Virus record (IMG/VR): IMGVR_UViG_3300029309_000027
Coordinates: 1 to 61,638 of that record
Length of the DNA stretch: 61,638 nucleotides
DNA from: a virus
Taxonomy: Duplodnaviria > Caudoviricetes
Reading direction: 5' to 3' (one strand)
The stretch's first letter is position 1; each line of letters starts with the position of its first letter. Below, one piece after another: positions 55,969 to 61,638 of the stretch. A program made the translations under genes and the position numbers. Below the pieces are notes generated by a model, which did not search any database, was not told where the DNA came from, and worked only from the letters and a program-made list of their open reading frames with translations.

Positions 55969-55973
55969 TGTGT

Positions 55974-56420
55974 TTATCTTCTTCTCTTCCTGCGAACCTC
56001 CCCTGTGATAGGATGCGTGTTGCAATCCGATGCTCTCAGCCCTCGGTCATTAGCCCCTCTCTTCTTCTTCCGCTTGGCTCCCACGGGTGCAGGGGTGTCG
56101 AGCACTAGCTTGATCCCGCCTGGCAGGTGGGAGCGGAACTGCTTCATCTCCTCCTTAGTGGCTCCCCACTTCCCCACCCCTGTCATCAGCAGTTCCTGAA
56201 TGTCCTCCGAGTGTATGTGCGCTCGGAAGTAGGACGCCGCTCGACGGAGGGTCATCGCAGGTCCTCTCACCTTGTCCATCTCCTCATGCGTCATCGTGTT
56301 CCTCCACTCTGAACGAGGGCCGTGAACCCTGACGCAGAATTCCATCTCCTGCCTCGCTCTGTCTTCCAACACCTCGGCCATGTGCATGTCGAGGTGTACG
56401 GTTCGTGTGTACATATTCAT
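55974..56420 (-). CDS. Hypothetical protein with basic C-terminus
   Basis: 148 aa between RNA elements. Confidence 0.65.
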   Translation of the reverse strand: MNMYTRTVHLDMHMAEVLEDRARQEMEFCVRVHGPRSEWRNTMTHEEMDKVRGPAMTLRRAASYFRAHIHSEDIQELLMTGVGKWGATKEEMKQFRSHLPGGIKLVLDTPAPVGAKRKKKRGANDRGLRASDCNTHPITGEVRRKRRR

Positions 56421-56435
56421 TTGTTCTCGTGTTTG

Positions 56436-56508
56436 TGCCCGTGGCAGGAATCGAACCTGCGACCGACTGCTTAGAAGGCAGTTGCTCTATCCCCTGAGCT
56501 ACACGGGC
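56436..56508 (-). tRNA. tRNA-Arg(UCU), no encoded CCA
   Basis: GCCCGTG acceptor; GCTC/GAGC D-arm; ACTGC-CTTCTAA-GCAGT anticodon arm; GCAGG-TTCGATT-CCTGC T-arm. Confidence 0.95.
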
Positions 56509-56628
56509 GAACGGGGGGAGTCCCTAAACCCTCCCCCCTGGCATACTTCGAGGGACCAATCTCACGCTATGCTAAACGCTACAATGTGGGTTGCCCACAA
56601 GTTTAGTTGTGGGGTCCCCCCAACTGTC

Positions 56629-57108
56629 CTACAAATCGGACTCTTTAGTTGGGTCAAGGAGGTACTCACGTCCGCCAGTAATGCGGTATATACGTTGGTC
56701 TGTCTGCGCTTTCTTGTGAATCTCTCGGATGTCCGACTCAATACGGGCAACACGAACGAGATAACCTGTGAAATGATCGCTGTGTGGAGCCACCCTATGG
56801 ATCTGAACCCCATAGCTACTTGGGTCCACGTTGAACTCAGTAGCGAGAGCCTGACCACGCAGAATTAGTTCGTGCCACGCCTCAAACCCACCCGCCAAGT
56901 TCAACCGTTCGGTGCGTGTACCTCGTTCGAAGAAGAAGTATCCGTATGACACAGGGTTGAGGAAGACATCGCACGAGACAATGTCTTGTCCGAAGGCAAG
57001 GCATCTACCACCAGACTCAGCAAAAACCCTAGTCGTTGCGTTGCAGTGAAGCAGCTTCGGGGTGTAGTCTTGGAAGGCAACGCCTTCGTCAGGTATGTGT
57101 TCACTCAT
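56629..57108 (-). CDS. Hypothetical protein
   Basis: 159 aa. Confidence 0.6.
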   Translation of the reverse strand: MSEHIPDEGVAFQDYTPKLLHCNATTRVFAESGGRCLAFGQDIVSCDVFLNPVSYGYFFFERGTRTERLNLAGGFEAWHELILRGQALATEFNVDPSSYGVQIHRVAPHSDHFTGYLVRVARIESDIREIHKKAQTDQRIYRITGGREYLLDPTKESDL

Positions 57109-57280
57109 CTTCTTCAGGGAAAAAATAGGGTTTCACCTTGTCCATAAATCTTGCGCATCGACGCAGGTCTTCGCTGACAGGTGTGCCAGTCATACGCTTG
57201 GTGTCCAACTCTGCACGAAGAGACTCGTATGCTTCGTCAAAGTCAGACCCTGCAATTTTCTTGGAATTATGTTTAGCCAT
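57101..57280 (-). CDS. Hypothetical protein
   Basis: Probable start MAKHNSKK. Confidence 0.55.
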   Translation of the reverse strand: MAKHNSKKIAGSDFDEAYESLRAELDTKRMTGTPVSEDLRRCARFMDKVKPYFFPEEDE

Positions 57281-57656
57281 AGTGTGTGCCGATTGCTTGT
57301 TCAACTGTCAAGTTGTGTAGGGTTCTCGAAGGGCGGACTTCCCATTGGTCTACATCCTCCGTGAGGCGAACGCACTGACCATCTCGCGTGTATGCCACGG
57401 GGTGGCCGCTTTCGTCTACGTCGTCATAAGGGAAGGTGGTGTAACAATAATCGTCCTCCCACTCATGGAGCACCCATTCATCACTTGCAGGTGCACCTGA
57501 CATGGTCACCCAATCGCCTTCGAACCTCTCTCGGAGTCGTTGTAGTAGCGCCTCTTCACTGGCATACACCTCAGTGTCGAACGCGAGGTAGCCCGTTATG
57601 AACCCCTTGCCCGTAACACTGCACTTGCGGGGGAATATTTCAATGTACTGATTCAT
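57273..57656 (-). CDS. Hypothetical protein
   Basis: FPRKCSVTGKGFITGY motif. Confidence 0.65.
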   Translation of the reverse strand: MNQYIEIFPRKCSVTGKGFITGYLAFDTEVYASEEALLQRLRERFEGDWVTMSGAPASDEWVLHEWEDDYCYTTFPYDDVDESGHPVAYTRDGQCVRLTEDVDQWEVRPSRTLHNLTVEQAIGTHYG

Positions 57657-57991
57657 TGCTTCGATCTTTCTTCTAAGAGTTCTCTGTAGTGCATGATTGC
57701 CTCTTGGATGTTACCGACCAAGGTGCGCACCGTGGACGAGGGGATGTACACCCCGTCCTCTGACGCGAGGTCTGCAATCTCCTGTGCGTCTTCATCGATG
57801 CTCTCAAGCAACTTATTGACGTCTTGCTGATGCAACAGGGGTTGCTCCATTTGCTCTAGCCTACTTCTATAGTATGCTGCTTTGGAAACGAGCTTGGGGT
57901 CGGACCTCCATCCGATGGTCATCTCGATATCTGATAGCCTCTTCTTGAAGTACTCGTCCTTCGGGAGGCGGGGGGGTTTAGTTCTACTCAT
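57653..57991 (-). CDS. Hypothetical protein
   Basis: Start MSRTKPP. Confidence 0.6.
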   Translation of the reverse strand: MSRTKPPRLPKDEYFKKRLSDIEMTIGWRSDPKLVSKAAYYRSRLEQMEQPLLHQQDVNKLLESIDEDAQEIADLASEDGVYIPSSTVRTLVGNIQEAIMHYRELLEERSKQ

Positions 57992-58229
57992 GTTGATTAG
58001 GGAGATTGAATTTGACTGCGATGTTGATTTTGATGTGGTCTGCAATGGTTTGCATTAAGTGGTCATTGTCCTTGAACGTAGCCACCAAAATGGCTTCAAG
58101 GTCTTCACGTTTGTAGCTTTCGAGGATGTTCATTTCTTGCATCTCTGCGACCACGTCTTCGACACCCCACTTCATTTCGGGGCCAACGTAAATTCCCTGT
58201 TCGCTTATGTATTCTTGCTTCTTTATCAT
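57984..58229 (-). CDS. Hypothetical protein
   Basis: Start MIKKQEY; KWGVEDV. Confidence 0.6.
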   Translation of the reverse strand: MIKKQEYISEQGIYVGPEMKWGVEDVVAEMQEMNILESYKREDLEAILVATFKDNDHLMQTIADHIKINIAVKFNLPNQHE

Positions 58230-58828
58230 GTCCCCCAGTTTTTTTTGATAGTGACCCAGATGATGGCTTGCAATTCGTAACCCTTGAAGCCCCTGCGTCT
58301 GGCAAGCTGTGCCGTGAGCCGCTCGATTCTGCGGTACTGCATAGAGGTCGGGGACTCCTGCACCTGCACCCGCTTGCGGGACGAGGTTAGGCAAGCCCGC
58401 ATATGCCACTTGTCCACCGTGACGTGGTCCGCGCTGTTCTCCCCAACGTTCATAGCGAATGCGTAGGTCTTTGGAGACTTACGTAAAATCGACTCGTCAC
58501 CCCTAGCAATGGCGAAAGCTTTTCGCTTGTTAGCATCATAGGTGCAAACCTTCACGTCATCGGGTCCGAGTCCATCGCGGACAGCTTGCAACACCGTGTA
58601 GGCGTCGATCTTGTTCCGCTCCCACTTATTGTTCGGGGAGAGGGCGGAGATAACCCCCGCCGCTACTTTGCGCGATACGTTGAACTCAACGGACAGATAC
58701 CTTGCATAGTCCATCGCGTCTCGATACCAACTTAGCCCCGCTTCGATGTCGTCGGGGGTTGCCATAGATAGCCACCCTCGCAGGTTACGAAGGATGGTGG
58801 CGTCTTTTGTGGCGGTCGGTGTTTTCAT
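58226..58828 (-). CDS. Alpha-helical DNA-glycosylase-fold-like phage protein
   Basis: GLSWY...AGVISALSPNNKWERN...PKTYAF...VTVDKWHMRA...LQAIIWV. Confidence 0.65.
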   Translation of the reverse strand: MKTPTATKDATILRNLRGWLSMATPDDIEAGLSWYRDAMDYARYLSVEFNVSRKVAAGVISALSPNNKWERNKIDAYTVLQAVRDGLGPDDVKVCTYDANKRKAFAIARGDESILRKSPKTYAFAMNVGENSADHVTVDKWHMRACLTSSRKRVQVQESPTSMQYRRIERLTAQLARRRGFKGYELQAIIWVTIKKNWGT

Positions 58829-59022
58829 AGTCCGAGCTGTTTGTTGAGGTAAGTAATCATCCTGTCTTTGCTGAGTTGATGAGCAGTCCAGCAGTAGTAT
58901 CCAACCTCGCAACTCCGTGGACCCAACCACGGGAGTTTGGGGGCAGTCTCGTATTGGTGGTGGCTGATGTCCCTCAGCGCCTGTTTGCGGGCTTTGGTCA
59001 TCCCGCCTCTCCAGTTACTCAT
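58825..59022 (-). CDS. Hypothetical protein
   Basis: 65 aa, coupled. Confidence 0.55.
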   Translation of the reverse strand: MSNWRGGMTKARKQALRDISHHQYETAPKLPWLGPRSCEVGYYCWTAHQLSKDRMITYLNKQLGL

Positions 59023-59203
59023 TTGAATTGTCTTGGGTGCATAGTTCGTGAATTTGAATGTCGTCGTAGTGCAAGGACCAAAAATCTCTGCACCTGTTGG
59101 CTTCGTGCTCTGTGTAGCACAGCCCGAGTTCGAAGGTTTTTCCGCAGCTCAAGCTGCGCCCAGGGGCTACCCCTGTGACTCGGAAGCGTGGTGTCTTTGC
59201 CAT
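59015..59203 (-). CDS. Hypothetical protein
   Basis: 62 aa. Confidence 0.5.
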   Translation of the reverse strand: MAKTPRFRVTGVAPGRSLSCGKTFELGLCYTEHEANRCRDFWSLHYDDIQIHELCTQDNSNE

Positions 59204-59208
59204 TCGGG

Positions 59209-59445
59209 TTATTGAATTTCCCAGTCACATTCGCCTGTACTTGAGCAATCGGGGCATCGCTCAGTCCATGCGTTGGGGTCGGCGTAGTGTCCGTGTCGAA
59301 TCTCGCCTTCGCCATCGCAGGTCTCGCACACCTCTTCGATGTACTCGCAACGCTCCATGCATTCACAGCATATGCCGATGTCTTCCGCCCACCCCAACAA
59401 GGTGTCTTGTGGGGGGGCTTGACAGCAGTCGCTTACTTTACTCAT
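59209..59445 (-). CDS. Small zinc-finger protein (DnaJ-type CxxCxGxG)
   Basis: SDCC, CCECMERC, CETCDGEG, CPDCSSTG. Confidence 0.75.
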   Translation of the reverse strand: MSKVSDCCQAPPQDTLLGWAEDIGICCECMERCEYIEEVCETCDGEGEIRHGHYADPNAWTERCPDCSSTGECDWEIQ

Positions 59446-59740
59446 TGCGCAGTCGTATGGGGAACATCTCAGCCATCAGGGAGTCGAGTGGGCGTGAGTT
59501 CATCTCCTCGGTGCATAGCTTGAGCATACGCTTCAGTACCCAATACTTCTTGCGTTTCTTCTCTTGCTTGACCCTGTCGTCATTGTAGGTCTTCAACTCT
59601 GCGAGGACTTTGGCTCTGCCCTCGCGCAGTTGCTTCTGACTCATAGACTTGAACAGCGCACGGAAGTCGTCGTCGTTCAGGGTGGTGATGTCCTTTGAAC
59701 CTAGGACCTTGAGTTGTTCGGGGGTGTACTTCTTACTCAT
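59438..59740 (-). CDS. Hypothetical basic protein
   Basis: Start MSKKYTP. Confidence 0.6.
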   Translation of the reverse strand: MSKKYTPEQLKVLGSKDITTLNDDDFRALFKSMSQKQLREGRAKVLAELKTYNDDRVKQEKKRKKYWVLKRMLKLCTEEMNSRPLDSLMAEMFPIRLRNE

Positions 59741-59770
59741 TTGATTCGGGAAAACCAATTGTTCTTCATC

Positions 59771-60034
59771 TTATCCGAGTTTGATGATGGTGTATCCGCC
59801 GCGCTCTTGGGTGTCCACACCTTTGTGCTTGGCCCATCGCTTGACTTTGTTCTTCATCACGTAGTCAGGCACTCGCTCCTTCTTGGGCTTGCGCTTGTGT
59901 CGCGTGCCGTTCCTGGCTTGCAGTTCTGCGATGCTGATGCGTCCGACACACTTGACTTTCGCGGCCTTGCTCATCTTGGGCAGGTCGAATGCTCCGCTTG
60001 ATGCGTAGCCTTGGTGGTCTCTGTCTCTCATCAC
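59771..60034 (-). CDS. Hypothetical basic protein
   Basis: 87 aa. Confidence 0.6.
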   Translation of the reverse strand: MMRDRDHQGYASSGAFDLPKMSKAAKVKCVGRISIAELQARNGTRHKRKPKKERVPDYVMKNKVKRWAKHKGVDTQERGGYTIIKLG

Positions 60035-60447
60035 TTCTTGCGCTTGAACACCACGGGTGTGGCGAAGGTCTTGGTCAGGTCGAAGCTGTCGATCAGGACG
60101 GTGAATCCCGCATCGGTTGCGATCTTCTTGAGGGTGAGGCGGTAGTTCATCACCGCAGATGACGTGTATCGCTCAGTGTCCATGACGAGTTCGTCGTCGA
60201 AGTGGACGCGGATGGCGATGGGTTGTGTAGCGCGGAATGCGTACACAGGCCGCTTGCCATACTTGTCCTTGAACGCTTGAGCTTTGCCTTCCATCTCGCG
60301 AGCAAACTCTTGAATCTTGCGGCCAGTGGCATGCAGGATATCGCGCTCGTCGCGTGGGTTGACAATAGTCTGATGCGTGGAAGCATCTAGCACGTGTCCG
60401 TGCTTGTTGGTCTGTGACAAAGTCACGGTCATGCGAATTTTGGGCAT
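60031..60447 (-). CDS. Hypothetical protein (first early gene)
   Basis: 138 aa; strongly biased codons. Confidence 0.7.
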   Translation of the reverse strand: MPKIRMTVTLSQTNKHGHVLDASTHQTIVNPRDERDILHATGRKIQEFAREMEGKAQAFKDKYGKRPVYAFRATQPIAIRVHFDDELVMDTERYTSSAVMNYRLTLKKIATDAGFTVLIDSFDLTKTFATPVVFKRKK

Positions 60448-60484
60448 GATATAGGGGGGTATTAGGGTGACACGTCATTGTGTC

Positions 60485-60564
60485 GTGCGTAGCGTGGACT
60501 CGAACCGCGCCGCGTGTAGGCCGTATCAATAGGCTCCGCGTCCTGCATCCTGCAGGCTACGCGC
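60485..60564 (-). ncRNA. Non-canonical cloverleaf tRNA-like element
   Basis: GCGTA/TACGC acceptor; CCTGCA-GGA-TGCAGG arm; CGCG/CGCG arm; GG-TTCGAGT-CC T-loop. Confidence 0.55.
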
Positions 60565-60569
60565 CCTCA

Positions 60570-61186
60570 TTGTTCCGTTCGTTGCAGGGGTCTGCGTATA
60601 GTCCGTGGGGTCGTGGCGTGGGCGTATGCGTCACGAAGTCGCCGCCCTGATTCGCTGCCCGTGGTGGACGTGGTGCATATAATTATGGCCGCTACTGCAG
60701 GGGCCGTGAAGCCCCACAGGTTCGGACCGCCTCCCATATGCAAGGGGTCAAATTATGGTACTTTGTCCCCCTGCCCACGTCAGACGGTGTAAGGGTCCAA
60801 CGTGGCCCCGTGGGGGGGTCCATGTACAAACGTAGTCGGCAGGGTGGATATCCCCGTTTCCGTAGCGTATACGCCATCGTGCTGTTAATCCCTGACTCCA
60901 TTGGATATCCCATCCATAAAAGCCGACCTTCTTGGTGCATTAACCGCGCCCCGTTTCATCGTTCATACTTAAGGGGCGGCATTAAGGGTGTCGAATGTGG
61001 CCCCCATTGTGGGGGTCATACGTGCTTATTCCGTCTGTTTTATATCAAGTGTTGCCCGTTACGTTGTAGTTAGGGCTGCGCCCCGTTGGACGCCATTCGG
61101 GGGGCAAGATGGGGACACACTTCGAACGAAACGCATTTATTCGGCAGACGGCCTGATAATCGAACATAGGTGCTGAGAATCAGATA
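60570..61186 (-). ncRNA. Putative large structured early leader/ncRNA
   Basis: No convincing CDS; many nested GC-rich helices; several TTCGA loops; downstream of the early promoter. Confidence 0.45.
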
Positions 61187-61190
61187 GTTA

Positions 61191-61221
61191 CAAACGTATA
61201 ATTTCGATGAACGGGATCAAG
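61191..61221 (-). promoter_or_regulatory. Early promoter: -7 TACGTTTG (61191-61198) with -33-like CTTG, 19-nt spacer
   Basis: Bacteroidota consensus spacing; points into the early arm. Confidence 0.6.
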
Positions 61222-61332
61222 TGGCGGGAATGCATATTATATCGACAAGGGGCGGGATGTGTTGGTAATTGAATTACAAATAGAAAAGCATGCCACCAAT
61301 CAAGGGGGGCGGGTCATCAACAACCAAGAAGG

Positions 61333-61638
61333 GGAGGGGATTGTACCGCTTTCCCTTTGTCCTGCTGAATGATTAGCAACACAAAAGAGGGTGGCACAGC
61401 AGCGTAACTCACTGAGAATCAAGGACTTGGGATCGTGTTAGTATTAGAAAAAAAGCTGAAAAATTGCAGAAATACAAATAGTAACACAAAATCAGGCAAA
61501 GTCAAGTCGATTCGGCATCGCAATGCAAGGCGCTATTGTATTATATAATCCCCATGGTACATATTTCTCACCCCGATTTTTGATCGTGGACAATATAGAC
61601 GAATTTCAGCTGTCTCTTTTTCTCCTCGTCTCTAATTC
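61333..61638. repeat. Right direct terminal repeat
   Basis: See 1-306. Confidence 0.95.

Noticed and set aside
56436-56508. Possible amber suppressor tRNA or TAG recoding (loop contains CTA)
   Set aside because: The 7-nt loop CTTCTAA centres on TCT (Arg); genes are intact in code 11 and TAG is used as a stop.
60692-60940. 82-aa ORF (or 43-aa version after TACGTTTG) in the leader
   Set aside because: Composition is not protein-like and it coincides with helices; not excluded, but unsupported.

Overview
The window is an apparently complete ~61.3 kb linear dsDNA tailed-phage genome, bounded by a 306-bp direct terminal repeat (1-306 / 61333-61638, 5 substitutions). The host is inferred to be Bacteroidota, from recurrent TAnnTTTG promoter boxes, no obvious Shine-Dalgarno sites, and DUF5675- and BT4734/VirE-N-like genes. 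Two arms are transcribed inward and meet at about 45.9 kb. The + arm (0.5-45.9 kb) carries crAss-like podoviral morphogenesis genes: putative internal cargo proteins, GroES-like protein, terminase, portal, fibre, scaffold, major capsid, ring and muzzle tail proteins, three ejection proteins and holins. The - arm (61.2-45.9 kb) carries early small genes, tRNA-Arg(UCU), a DnaA-domain-IV protein, Sak, a RecE-like exonuclease, SSB, Nmad1, a primase-helicase and an endonuclease-I-like resolvase. I recognised no DNA polymerase, RNA polymerase, integrase or CRISPR. The most unusual signals are: (1) an RNA layer in the early arm, with one true tRNA, two non-canonical tRNA mimics (each ending 15-37 nt before a start codon), a kissing-loop structured RNA, a pseudoknot and a ~600-nt T-loop-rich leader; (2) a shared [YMFL]xxGG tag on at least 7 putative virion-internal proteins, plus a candidate His/Glu processing domain; (3) many apparently leaderless transcripts; (4) an unannotated 18-aa hydrophobic peptide with its own promoter, antisense to the holin end; (5) a split tail muzzle gene with an ~830-aa insertion. 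All family assignments come from motif recognition by eye; no database search was run.
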